Shown here one piece after another: positions 11,957 through 27,232 of a stretch of 64,000 nt of DNA. A program made the position numbers and the translations under genes. The notes under the pieces were generated by a model, which saw nothing but the letters and a program-made list of their open reading frames with translations, did no database searches and had not been told where the DNA came from. Source of the stretch: Macrostomum lignano (lineage: Eukaryota); NCBI GenBank assembly GCA_002269645.1, contig NIVC01000361.1, forward strand, positions 124,001 to 188,000, written 5' to 3'. The first letter of the stretch is position 1; the number at the start of each line of letters is the position of its first letter.

Positions 11957-12956
11957 AGATAGCTTTCTGTTTCAATCTTGTCCATCAATCTGAATTTTAT
12001 TTGATTTAAAAGAAACCATTTAGCCGCAGAATTTCGCACCGCTAGACTGACGCTTCCTCTGTTTTTCTAGCCGCAACAGGTGGTTTGCTTTTCCTGATCA
12101 TCTCTCAGCTCGAATTCGGCCGATTCCGACCTGCGGTTCAATGCCTCTCTGGCCAACTTAATTTTGCTTCTTGTCTGCGTATCTTAGAGCTGGGTGGTAG
12201 AATTTCACCGAAATTAATGCTAGGCAAGATTGCTCGTGTGCTCATGGTTTCAGAATTTCACAGCCTCGTGTTAGCGCCTTCTTCAATGGATGACAGGCAG
12301 GTACTTCTTGGGCTTGATTAGTAACATTATCTTGCCACTTGATGCAATCGCAGTAACAAGCGAAAGAGAATCAAATTGCAACAGAGAGATCTGAGAGCGC
12401 AGAAACCCTAAGGCGAGATAATTTGAATTTGACTCCCTGCTCACAACGCTTGTTTTTCGACTTAATCCTAATCTTCTCCCCATAGCTACGCGGAACGATT
12501 TTTATGCTAAAAAAATCCTCAGCCGGAGATAAGGCGACCAAACTCCGCCTCTCATCTCCGGTAGGCTTCTGCATGAGCTCTGGGCTTCTCTGGCGGTGTG
12601 GGATGAAGGCAAACGAAAGGCCCACTGTCGCGTAAGTCTGTCGCCTAGTGGGCAAAGAAACGAAGAAGTGAGGATTAGGAATAGAATCAGACCCTTAGCT
12701 GGAAGAAGAATCTACGCCCCCGATCGCTATTGGCTGATGGTTCAGCCTAGGATTGAACGAGCGGCAGGGTCTGCTGGATTTTGTTGGAAAGTGAAAATAA
12801 ATTTGAATGCGATTCTATAGGACCAGGCCAGACAGGCACAGAATAGCGCCCAGATAGGAAGTTACTTGTAACATGCAAACTATCGAGTTCGAAGTCTTGT
12901 AAACAACTATCTTGGCAAATCTACTACAGTAAGCTGAAACAAAAGCAGCAATTATC

Positions 12957-15023
12957 ATGGTACGTCGCAGGACCCTTTACAGACAAGGCCACCCGTGGCA
13001 GCGTACAATGCGTCAGCACAACATCCTGTTTTTCCGGCGCATGTTCGCATTGTTCTCGAAGGCTTCACTGCACGGCGTGAATCGCGTTTGCGTCTCGGAC
13101 ACCTGCTGCCGGCCCAACCAGATGGTCTGGATGTGCATATTGCTGATCGCAACTCTCGGCCTGTGCGTGCACATTTATAGCGAGGCCTACGAATATCAAC
13201 AGTACCCCGTGTCAAGCAGCTCGCGAATGGAGCTCAATGGTTTTGTATTCCCTTCCGTGACATTCTGCAATCCTGAGAATCCAATCAAGACTCGTGAGGT
13301 AAATTTTAGCGAAATCGGTGGAGCGAATGACAAAATTCAGGTGCTCAGCGGAGTCTGGTACGACCCGAAGGTGCGACCGCTGTACCGGTATGAGCACTAC
13401 ATGAACTTCTCCAGAATCGGTTCATTTCCACAGGACAGCATCATTTACTGTCGGTACAACAGGCGCACATGCTGGGCAGAAAACTTCACCATCACATTTG
13501 ACAGGGCGTACGGCAACTGCTTCACTTTCCAGCCAAACGAGCGCCATATTCGCCGTCCAGACATGGAATTTGGTCTCATTTTAATCCTCTACAACCCGGC
13601 CGCCGACATGGAGCTGGAGAAGGCGGGGAGAGTCGGCAAGATGGGCTACAAGATGCGGCCTCAGGAAATGGCATTTGACACAGAGAGCTTTCTAGTAAAC
13701 TTCCATGCCAGCGGCACGATTCCGCACCCATTGGAAAACTCCTACGCAGCTTCCATGGGCATGGTGACTACGCTGGCCCTGGAGCAGATGAACACGTCGC
13801 TAGTAAGCACGCCCAACAGTCCATGCCAGAAGAGGCACCAAGTCCCCATGTATGATTCGCTGCTTCGCAGGGTTACCAATTACACCGATACTCTCTACGA
13901 TTGTGCACGATGGCGCGACACTCTTAATATGCATCAGGCCTGCGGCTGTGTACCGGAGGGCCTTGTGCGACTCACCGACTTTCCAAACAAAAGCGCCATA
14001 CCTTACTGCCACCTCGTTGTCAGGTCCGACGAAGTTGGTAACAAGACCGAGTTTATTAATTTCGTCAAGCCGAAACTGCTAGTCGACCAGCACAACGTCT
14101 CGTTGGAGGATATGCAAGCACTTTATCCTAAAGTCTATAATCGGTACCAATCTTTTGTTTGCTATCACAACACAGACTTACACCCGGACCTAACCTGTCA
14201 GGACATGTGCCAGACTGAGTCCTACTCAGCCATCCTGTCGTCTGGCCGATGGCCGCATCCGTCTGACACAGACAGCGATGACTACATCAAGCAGGCCATC
14301 GAGATCTCCATACTGTTGCAGGACTACTTGAATGATCACGGCAACGAAAGCCTGCTAGCAAAGAGTCTGACACTGCGCAACCTGAGCCTGGCCTCCTGTC
14401 ACACGGAGCTGACTCATGTAGATATCGACACTCCCAATCGGCGCTCCACCCCAAAAATTCAAGCTGCGCTGAAAAATTGCCGCAAAGTGCACGCATTTGT
14501 CAGCAAGCACTTTCTTCTAATAAAGGTCTACCCACAGACGCTGACGGTGAAGTTCCTGACGGTAGAGCGCAGCTTCATGATGCCGCAGCTGCTCTCCCGC
14601 ATTGGTGGATCTCTCGGTCTATGGATTGGCACCTCTCTGATTACGTTTTTCGAATGCTTAGAGATCATTCTTACGCTAGTAAATTACTTAGTGGCCAAGA
14701 TTCTCCACGTGGCGCTCTACCATCGGGACAAAAACCAGCCCAGATGTGCCGGCAGCTGCCCGTACGCTGGCCGTCAAGCTCAGCTGCGAAACGGCAGATC
14801 AGCAATCGGAGCAGAAGCAGAAACAGAAGCAGCAGATGAAGCCACTGATTCGGCCTCCTTCGCTAACGCTACGGCATCGGGTTCGTCTGGTACCGCAGGC
14901 ATCGAGGCTACTGCCGGGTCATATCGCCGAGTTAAGGAAGACGATGGCTCGGCTCAGGACTCGGACAGCGACTGCGTGACGGAAGCTTTCCTAGACAATC
15001 TCTACCGAGAGTCGCACGTCTGA
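12957..15023 (+). CDS. DEG/ENaC (amiloride-sensitive sodium channel superfamily) subunit, intronless, 688 aa
   Basis: Pre-TM1 HG motif (ASLHGVNRV), TM1 VWMCILLIATLGL, FPSVTFCN, YGNCFTF, a Cys-rich thumb domain, and TM2 LLSRIGGSLGLWIGTSLITFFE with a G-x-S filter. The real start may be a downstream Met. Confidence 0.93.
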   Translation: MVRRRTLYRQGHPWQRTMRQHNILFFRRMFALFSKASLHGVNRVCVSDTCCRPNQMVWMCILLIATLGLCVHIYSEAYEYQQYPVSSSSRMELNGFVFPSVTFCNPENPIKTREVNFSEIGGANDKIQVLSGVWYDPKVRPLYRYEHYMNFSRIGSFPQDSIIYCRYNRRTCWAENFTITFDRAYGNCFTFQPNERHIRRPDMEFGLILILYNPAADMELEKAGRVGKMGYKMRPQEMAFDTESFLVNFHASGTIPHPLENSYAASMGMVTTLALEQMNTSLVSTPNSPCQKRHQVPMYDSLLRRVTNYTDTLYDCARWRDTLNMHQACGCVPEGLVRLTDFPNKSAIPYCHLVVRSDEVGNKTEFINFVKPKLLVDQHNVSLEDMQALYPKVYNRYQSFVCYHNTDLHPDLTCQDMCQTESYSAILSSGRWPHPSDTDSDDYIKQAIEISILLQDYLNDHGNESLLAKSLTLRNLSLASCHTELTHVDIDTPNRRSTPKIQAALKNCRKVHAFVSKHFLLIKVYPQTLTVKFLTVERSFMMPQLLSRIGGSLGLWIGTSLITFFECLEIILTLVNYLVAKILHVALYHRDKNQPRCAGSCPYAGRQAQLRNGRSAIGAEAETEAADEATDSASFANATASGSSGTAGIEATAGSYRRVKEDDGSAQDSDSDCVTEAFLDNLYRESHV

Positions 15024-15687
15024 TTACTGGATTATGAACAGTTCAAATACTACTCCGCTTCCCAGTTTTTATGTGTCGTCTACTTTCGACTTCTGCAGAA
15101 AGAAGTGCAGTTTGGTATTCGGTAATCTTACTCTTACTGGTCAAAGGGTGATGCTTGCATATTGTAAATTTTAACTAATTTTATCAGATACGAGTATTTC
15201 TGTACAGGCAGACATCGCGCCTTTTCGACCCAAACCGTAGCCGCGTATCAGCTGCTTCTGCTGCCCGACCCCATTGTTCAAAGATAAATTGCCAGGCCTC
15301 TATTACGCTTGTGAAATCGAGAAGTGCATGGACACCCCATAACCTGCGCAGTTTCACGAAGGTTGTGCCTAATGGGGCATCGTAAAATTTATTATTTTTT
15401 GCAGAGGAGATAATGTTATTTATTCATTTTACTTGCTTATGGCTATTCCCCGTGCGTTAAAAGTACCTCAAAGCTTCACCGGAGATAGACTACGAGTATG
15501 CTTATTGGATTTTGCTTGTCACAATGGAAAATTGACAAAAAAACATTAGCCTATTAACATTGCATGTAAATCTGGTTTTTATAATAATTTTCCTACATCT
15601 AACCAAACGCTGAAATGGTTGGCACCAGAAATGGACTAAAAGAGTAATTCTTATTAGGAAAAGGAATTAAACCTGGTGACAGGTGAC

Positions 15688-15825
15688 AGAAGAGAGCTGA
15701 GAAGAAACACAAACCTTGAGCGGGCCGGATTGCTATTGTGAATTTCAAAGGACCCGAAGGCCGGTTAGAGAGGCTTTGCGGGCCGCATGTGGCCCACAGG
15801 CCGGAGTTGGCCGACCCCAGCCGTA
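15688..15825. repeat. Dispersed repeat fragment, copy B
   Basis: Similar to 9395-9505, with internal insertions. Confidence 0.6.
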
Positions 15826-17147
15826 GAGGCACAGAGATGGCCAGACAGATACGCAATATTTTAGTCTGCTATTTTGTTCCGTCCGTCAAAACTCCGATGC
15901 AACTACGAGAATCCCGCGGGGAGCCAGTAAAGACGGCAAGTACCTTCCTACAGCGTTCCGGTGTCAGCCATCTAGCCCCCCCGTCAAGGTAGAACCGGAG
16001 CGCAACTCAATGTGAAGGAAATTCCTCATAATGCCTCAGACCCTCATCCGTCACTAAAACCCGAGGATCTGCTGCCGAGGGAACATCGCGCGTAGAACTT
16101 TCCGAAGGAAATGGGACATCGGGGACTGAAAAATAGCGATAATGTCTTGCTTGCGTGTCAGAAATCCCTGCCTCATGTCCGGCATCTCAGCTGAGCGATT
16201 TCTCATTGCCTCACGTGTAGAACTCTGCCTGGGCCAACTCAACCGTGCCCCGTGAGTAAATCTGACTGTGCTCAGCTGGCTTGCATTGCCGACATTGGAG
16301 ACAGACACACTGAGGACCTGGAAATTTGATGCGTTCCTTTTTAACCAGAGGCGCTCAACGGCTGCTTCGACTTAATCAGACTCTTCGGGGGCAGGGGGAG
16401 GGGCGCAGGCGGCTGTACACGCTTCGCAGCCTTCTACTCGGCTTCTGGAGCAGCCCGCTCCGCCGCCTCATCGGGTTTTCAGCTGTCTTTGCTGCGTCTT
16501 TTGGAGAGGAAAAGACTTATAAGAAGAAAAGAATCTTGCAAGAGAGGGATGATCAAGTACACGCTCGTAGAAGGGGAGGCAATTCAGGGAGGCGAGTTGC
16601 GCGAAATTGCAGGAGCCGCACTTCTTCTCCAGCCGGCTGGCAGTCCGCAGATTAAACGGGAATTAGAGAAATAGAAAAGAAAATATGAAAGACAAATTGG
16701 TCGCGCTGCTCGCGGGGGCAGATTTATGAGAACTTCGACTGTACGGTGCAAAACCTTTCTGAATTCCTGGCTCAAGCCTGTCCAGCTGATAAATCTTGCT
16801 TGCTACGCCACTTCACTCGCTTAAGAGGGGGTATTGAAACAGTTTTAGATTGGGATTTTATGATTGAGAAAGGGTGGGATCAGTTCAGCAGTGAGTTTGT
16901 TTTGTGTTAGCCTGCTCAGCTCAGGTCACCGGTAGGCTGAGCAGGCTGTCCAGACCCTAGAGAGGGCGAGACAAATTTAATATTTATCATATTGAGGCGC
17001 TGTGGAAGAAAAAATAAAATTTATCAATTAATTGCACCCAGACTGGGCCCAGGAGGGGACTGCGGCAAACTGTGCGTCCTCTCGTATAGAAGCCAGTGCA
17101 GTAAGTCTATAGAGCGCACTTACTACTAATGAGATTCTGGGTACGTA

Positions 17148-17389
17148 CGGGTCCATGAGAAATGCCCGCAGACGAATTGCCCGCCGAGATTTGCCCGCGA
17201 GTGAATTGGCAAACCTCGGCGGGAAGAAACTCCGCGGGCAATCCACTCGCGGGAAAATTGCACTGCGGGAAAATCTCGGCGGGAAAAGCTCGGCGGGCAA
17301 ATCTCCACGGGCAAATTGCACTGCGGGCAAAATGCACTGCGGGCAATTCTCGGCGGGCAATTCGTCTGCGGGCATTTCTCGTGCTCCCG
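17148..17389. mobile_element. MITE-like element with about 35-40-bp terminal inverted repeats and internal sub-repeats
   Basis: ATGAGAAATGCCCGCAGACGAATTGCCCGCCGAGA (17155-17189) matches the reverse complement of 17348-17382 with 1 mismatch. The interior is built of CGCGGG/CGGCGGG-AAA(T) units. No clear TSD. Confidence 0.7.
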
Positions 17390-19498
17390 ATACTCCTGAC
17401 TATACTCCTGAATGATCAATATATGTCGCTCGTAGAACCATTTACAATAAACCAACGAAGAAACCTTGTGCGATGCTTGTGCAAGAAAACTACCAGATGC
17501 CTTGTTCGCCTTGGGTTCGACATAAAAGCAAAACTTTAACATATTATGGAGCGCCTATCGAACCAAACTCATACGTTCATGTAAGCTACGAGCGTAACTT
17601 ATTTAAATGTACGACTTCTCGGTTCCACGAAGTTTTCTTGCACTTTGAATCTTATCGAAGCTCTGACAGCAGGCAAGCAGACTTCTAATCTGCACATCTG
17701 TACATCTGCGTATCAGCGGCAGTCGCTCGGCAGACGAAGGCAGGACAGAGCAGCAGCGAAATGACTGACGCCAGATGCGGCGTAAACATGTCAGTCAACT
17801 GTAGCCGCCATCGCTCACTCTTCAGACTCTGTCAAAAGCATTAGACAGACAGGCAAAAAAGCTTTTTCCTGATGATGTCAATACACTTTCACTGGTGCTG
17901 AATGTAAACCGAAGAAATTTAGAGGACCTGTTTAAAGTGCAAAAAATTCGCCGTGCAGTCTAACGGCGATTTAGCCTGAGAGACAATTCGGCCCTAACAG
18001 AAGGACTGGGAAGGCAATCAGAAGCTTAACAAAACAGGTAGGCCCAGTTTTCATCTTTCATCTATCGCCCAGAAGTAGCAAGCTGCAGTGCAGCACAGCC
18101 CGGCAAAATCTTATTAGCTCCGAGCCTCTTCAAAAACGTGTGCACTTCGAGCGATAAGCTCAAAATAATGACCCACCTCACCTGAAACGGACAAAGAGGC
18201 GTACGAGCAATAGGACTCAATGCCCGAGCGCCTTAGTAACCAAAAATGCACTTTTAGGCTGGAGTGGCCGATAGCCTTCAGCACTTATCTATCCCAGTTT
18301 TATCACAGAAAATAATACTCAAAAACACGTGACTACGAGCGTCGTAAGCAAATTGTAAGCAACGGCAAAACTCAATTATTGTTGCTGGGGCTGGTCCCGA
18401 TTAGCAAGACCCGACAGTCCTGGCTTGTACTCGGAGGCAGGCACATCATTGTAACTTCTTCTTTCCGTCTCCTTCCATTCGTCACCTGCCGCTGTGCGTC
18501 CGAATATTTTATCGAGTTTTCGATCTTCCCCTATTTTTTTATTGTCAGGCCTTATTGTCCGAGCTTTTTTTCTGCTATTATCGTGAAGAAAACTTTTGTT
18601 GATTTACGAGATGCACTGTCAAACCCGTGAGGCGATTTCAGGGGCTTTGAGCGACAAGAATTTCGCGCATGTCCTCCCGTGTTTGCTCCCTTCCACTTCC
18701 GCTGCAGATGCTCCCTATAGAGCCGGAGCTCCTCTCCCCTATCTCTCTCACCTTGCAGCTCTTTTTCGTTCTCCATTTCTCGCTTTATTTTGAACTCATT
18801 GCGTTTTTTATGGAACTTTAAGGCGCAGCTGCAGAGCTTCAGACGATGCAGAATTAGCCTCAGGCTCTGGACAAAGTGGAATGCGAGCTAGTGTCACACT
18901 AGGCTGTTTGAGAGTGGAAACCAGGCTGATTTAGACTTTGGTCTCCCTCTGAAGATCTTAGAGTTTATAACGAACTCTTGCGAGGGCGCCCATCGCCCTA
19001 AGATTAAGGGATTGCCGACTAGGCAGATATAATGCAGTTAGCGGCCACTTCCCCTCGCTTCTTCCTCATTCTATATCGCTTCTCTTCCGTCTCAAAGCAG
19101 ACATTTTGTTGTTCCTAGTTTACGTCGAGTTGTGTTTTTACTCCGTGTTTACATCGAAACGTCAGAGGGCGAATTTTCTGCAGGGATTCTGCCATGCACT
19201 GCGTTACTACTTTGGTGTACTTTAAAGTAAAGAAAACCTTGGACAGCCATTTTCGGATACAGGCAATCTGTGCATCGATTGAGCGGCGCTAAGCGACTGA
19301 AAATTTCTAATCTAAAGAGGAGTCCCGTCGAAAATCGATGCATAAATCTGCCTCAGGAGTGGCACTTCTTCAGCTGTCATTCTCCTTGACCCAGACAGTA
19401 ATTCAAGAAGTCTCTTCGACCCGGGGCTGTAGGGACTTCATGAATATTTTACTGGCAAGCTGGAAAAGTTAGGGGGCTGAGAAAGTCGGGTTCGAATC

Positions 19499-19822
19499 TA
19501 ATAGCGAAGGTACTCTGATGAGCTCGCTTGAGGTGATGTGGTGGTTTGATCTAGCGAAGGTACTCTGATGAGCTCGCTTGAGGTGATGTGGTGGTTTGAT
19601 CTAGCGAAGGTACTCTGATGAGCTCGCTTGAGGTGATGTGGTGGTTTGATCTAGCGAAGGTACTCTGATGAGCTCGCTTGAGGTGATGTGGTGGTTTGAT
19701 CTAGTGAAGGTACTCTGATGAGCTCGCTTGAGGTGATGTGGTGGTTGGATCTAGCGAAGGTACTCTGATGAGCTCGCTTGAGGTGATGTGGTGGTTTGAT
19801 CTAGCAAAGGTACTCTGATGAG
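19499..19822. repeat. 50-bp tandem repeat, about 6.4 copies
   Basis: Unit CTAGCGAAGGTACTCTGATGAGCTCGCTTGAGGTGATGTGGTGGTTTGAT recurs at 50-bp spacing (19551, 19601, 19651...). Confidence 0.97.
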
Positions 19823-20402
19823 CAAATTGAGTCTATTTTATTTAAAGAACTCGTTGGTTGAGCAGAGCGTGCTAAATTCTAAAGAAATGCCGTCGGAAGT
19901 TGCAGACTATTTAATCTGCTATACTCCAACGCTGCCAGCAAAGTCATCGATAAAAATTTCTTTCGCGATAAAGCAACCATTTTATCGCAAAGCGCAAGCG
20001 ACTAATTAGTAAAAACTTCACGTCTCACAAAATAATTGCTCAAGTTTTTAATATGAATAAACGCTTTTATGCCCACAAAGCCTTAATGAGCTCGCCAACA
20101 GATGAAGTACTGGGAGGAGTCACTGAGCCATGAGGGCCCTCGACCATCTCCTGAGGGAAGCCTGAGGCGTGCCCAGTTTTAATTTATATAATGTCACTCT
20201 CGAGTGGCTTGACGCATAAAAATTAACTTGAAAGTCTGATTTCGATCTCTTTTTATCGATTTCTTGGCTTCGCTAAGTTCAGAGTAAAATGAAAACTAAG
20301 ATAAAGTTTGATTGGCTTGAATAGTGCATTATAGTATCGTCTGGTGTTGCCAAGTAGGACAGGGATCTTAAATTCGGAGTCCTCGTTGCTTTAACAACAT
20401 TA

Positions 20403-20888
20403 GGCTGCTACTCCACTCCCAATAGGCTCTTCGGTGGGCTGCTACTCCACTCTCGCAATACGCTCTTCAGTGGGCTGCTACTCCACTCTCGCAATACGCT
20501 CTTCAGTGGGCTGCTACTCCACTCCCAATACGCTCTTCAGTGGGCTGCTACTCCACTCCCACTAGTCTCTTCAGTGCGCTGCTACTCCACTCCCACCAGG
20601 TTCTTCAGTGGGCTGCTACTCCACTCCCACTAGGCTCTTCAGTGCGCTGCTACTCCACTCCCACCAGGTTCTTCAGTGGGTGCTACTCCACTCCCACTAG
20701 GCTCTTCAGTGCGCTGCTACTCCACTCCCACCAGGTTCTTCAGTGGGCTGCTACTCCACTCCCACTAGGCTCTTCGGTGGGCTGCTACTCCAATCCCAAT
20801 AGGCTCTTCGGTGGGCTGCTACTCCACTCCCAATACGCTATTCAGTGGGCTGCTACTCCACTCCCACTAGGCTATTCAAAGGGCTGCC
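20403..20888. repeat. About 34-bp minisatellite
   Basis: Unit GGGCTGCTACTCCACTCCCA(A/C)TAGGCTCTTCAGT, about 14 copies with alternating variants. Confidence 0.95.
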
Positions 20889-21592
20889 ACCCGCCGTTGA
20901 AGTTGCTTCACATTCTACACTAGAAGATGCGCTTACAGCGTTACTTTTAGTAAGATATTTCTCTAATCGATCACATACCTAGATAGATATCGACAGACCA
21001 TTTTTAGTTTTTGCACTTGAATAGCCAAATATTTTTACCCAGTGTAAGATCGATAGGACGAGAATAAAATGGCTCTCTAGGTGGAAATACTTTGACTGTG
21101 TTTACAAAACGGACTCCAGTCTGCTGCAGTTATAAGCGCCAGTCTTTGCTTTGGTTGCTATGGGCAACCCTGAACGCGGGAGGAAGTGCAATTTCCGAGA
21201 GGGCCACCTATTCTGCGGCAGGCAGCTGTGTGTGCTCAGCTAGGGTGGGGCGGCCAGAGCACAGAAATTAATTTCTCCCCTTTGGGAACTGATGAGTGAG
21301 CTGTGCAGAATGGCTTTGAGTACACAATAGGGCAAGGCGAGTCTCTGCCTGGAATTAGGTCTCGTGAGCCACTGGCTGGGGATCGCTGTTGCCAGGGGCA
21401 GCAGCCAGGTGGAGAAAAACTAGTCATTGGTTGCATTGCAGAGGTGGGGGTGGAAGAAATGAGTTAAAAAACTCCATACGTCGACTTTGATGGCCTCTTA
21501 AAATCTTGGCGCCGTCGTTGAACTCCCAGTAATTACTACATAGAACGCGGCACTGGGATTTTCCCAACCTAGTCCTGAAGACAGGCACAGTT

Positions 21593-23587
21593 ATGAGCAT
21601 AGTACTGACTATCATCGCGGGAGCTGCTGTAACCTGTGTGCTACCTGCAACCGCTGCATCTCAGCAGCTTTGGCTGCAGTTCTACTTCAACCGAGTCGCT
21701 CTGGTGAGTTCACGCTGGACTCCAGCACGGGACGCTGGAGTGGTAATGAAGCTTTCTTTTGACGACATCGAATCCCAAAGGAATTGAGTATGAGCGTATG
21801 TGATGTAGCTCGTAGATAGTTAAGAGAATTTTTTCAGAAGTGGAAGTACGTTGTAGTTGTTTTAAATTTCAGACACTGAAAATATTGAAAACGCTCGTAA
21901 AACTTTTAATCACATCAATTTCACCCACTCCAGTGGGAGCAGCAGGGCCAGCAGAGCAAGTTTCAGAATGCACTCGCTGAGGGACTGAAAGCTTTCTGCG
22001 GCAATCCTGCTAACTATCCGGTCTGTGGACTCAATGCCACCACTGCCTCTGCAACGTGAGCCAACCAACCAACCAACCAACAAACCAACCAACCAACCAA
22101 CCAACCAACCAACCAACCAACCAACCAACCAACCAACCAACCAACCAACCAACCAACCAACCAACCAACCAACCAACCAACCAACCAACCAACCAACCAA
22201 CCAACCAACCAACCAACCAACCAACCAACCAACCAACCAACCAACCAACCAACCAACCAACCAACCAACCAACCAACCAACCAACCAACCAACCAACCAA
22301 CCAACCAACCAACCAACCAACCAACCAACCAACCAACCAACCAACCAACCAACCAACCAACCAACCAACCAACCAACCAACCAACCAACCAACCAACCAA
22401 CCAACCAACCAACCTCTGGAAATTTTAGTGCCTTCAATTCGTCCGCCGTAAAGATTGAAATGGGCTACCCAGCCAACAATGGCTCCTGGTACATGGACCT
22501 CAGCATCTCTGTCAGCTACAATGCGAATGGCTCGCAATACATTCTGCCTATCAGTGCTGTATCAGGTGAAGACAAACTTTTCAACAATGATTAGGAGTTT
22601 TACTAGTGGCTACTCTGCTATTAGTGGCTCATACGCTGCTCATAACTTTTGTGCATCGTTTTACAACTATAGCCCCTGAAGGATAGGATTGTGATATTTG
22701 GGGAGATACTGATGAGGGATCAGGGGGACGCTGATGGGAGATCAATGTGACGTTGATAGGATCAGGGGGATGCTGATAGAATCAGGGGGATGTTGAAAGG
22801 AACAGGGGGATGCTGATGGGGGATCAGAGGGATGCTGATGGGGGATCAGAGGGATGCTGATAGGGGATCAGGGGATACTGATAGGGGATCAGGGGGGGTG
22901 CTGATGGGGGATCAGAAGGATGCTGATGGGGGATCAGGGGGATGCTGATGGGGGATCAGAGGGATGCTGATAGGGGATCAGGGTGATGCTGATGGGGGAT
23001 CAGAGGGATGCTGATGGGGAATCAGAGGGATGTTGATGGGGGATCAGAGGGATGCTGATAGGGGATCAGGGGGATACTGATAGGGGATCAGGGGGGTGCT
23101 GATGGGGGATCAGAAGGATGCTGATGGGGGATCAGGGGGGATGCTGATGGGGGATCAGAGGGATGCTGATGGGGGGATCAGAGGGATGCTGATAGGGGAT
23201 CAGGGGGATGCTGATAGGATCAGGGGATGCTGATGGGGGATCAGGGGGATGCTGATAGGGGATCAGAGGGATGCTGATAGGATCAGTGGGATGCTGATAG
23301 GATCAGAGGGATACTGATGGGGGATCAGAGGGATATTGATAGGGATCCGAAAGACACACAGTCTCCTCACAGCAATGAAGAAGCATTCCGACCCAATTCC
23401 GGCAGAAATCGCGGCGAATCAGCGGCAGGCAGTGAAGGACGCCATCGGGTTCTACATGGTGTACATCGGCGCCAAGTTCTTCTCCGTGCCGCCGCCAGCC
23501 ACAGTCAATCAGGTTGTGGTGCCCGTGTCGGTGCTGGCCACTCTGGCCCTGGTTGGGGTGGCCTTCGCATTTAGGCACAAACAGTGA
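21593..23587 (+). CDS. Four-exon gene for an unknown 194-aa type I membrane protein (signal peptide, small two-Cys ectodomain, C-terminal TM, RHKQ tail)
   Basis: Exons 21593-21703, 21934-22055, 22429-22565 and 23373-23587. All junctions are GT-AG with matching phases (0, 2, 1), total 585 nt. N-terminus [22 protein letters not shown] is signal-like; TM is [20 protein letters not shown]. Confidence 0.75.
22061..22414. repeat. (CCAA)n microsatellite filling intron 2 of the 21593-23587 gene
   Basis: About 354 bp near-perfect, between donor GTGAG (22056) and acceptor TTTTAG (22428). Confidence 0.99.
22700..23346. repeat. G-rich about 21-22-bp minisatellite (GATGCTGATGGGGGATCAGAGG-like), intronic
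   Basis: About 30 degenerate tandem copies inside intron 3. Confidence 0.95.
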
Positions 23588-23828
23588 GTGAAATACTCTT
23601 TTGCGAGGGGGGGGGTTTGTGAAGTCAGGCTTTATTGAATTGAACACCTTACCAGATACGCTCATCCCTACCCATTGCAGCCGAGATGAGGAGACCAAAA
23701 CGCTAATGAGGTGAGAAAATATTAGCAGTACCTGTACCTGAGGCTATATTTAGAGTTTTGCAGATGCTTCGATGTACCTTAGTATATCGGCACCTGCAAG
23801 AGTACCTGTAACAAGTCTATGAGGATTC

Positions 23829-24082
23829 ATCTGTGATGGGTTATCTGTGATGGGGTACCTGCTATGGGGTATCTGTGATGGGGTATCTTTGTTGGGGTAC
23901 CTGCTATGAGGTATCTGTAATGAGGTATCTTACCTGCTATGGGGTATCTGTGATAAGGTATTTGTGATGAGGTATCTGTGATGGGTATCTCTGATTGGGT
24001 ATCTCTGATAAGGTATCTGCGATGAAGTATCCGTGATAGGGTACCTATGATGGAGTACCTGAGAGGGCTATCTGTGATCCGT
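23829..24082. repeat. Degenerate about 14-bp minisatellite (GGTATCTGTGATG)
   Basis: Repeated GGTATCT/GGTACCT-G(T/C)(G/T)ATG units. Confidence 0.85.
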
Positions 24083-24099
24083 GAAGGGTTTCTGTGAGA

Positions 24100-27232
<3,133 letters not shown>

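Noticed and set aside
19499-20888. CRISPR-like appearance of the 50-bp and 34-bp arrays
   Set aside because: Units are head-to-tail with no unique spacers, no cas genes, and the context is eukaryotic.
21910-22594. (VGWL)n and (PTNQ)n ORFs
   Set aside because: Translations of the intronic (CCAA)n; only 21934-22055 and 22429-22565 are treated as exons.
22566-22687. Alternative hydrophobic terminal exon ([19 protein letters not shown]) after TAG at 22594
   Set aside because: Would need a 29-nt intron, much shorter than other introns here; the 23373 acceptor fits better.
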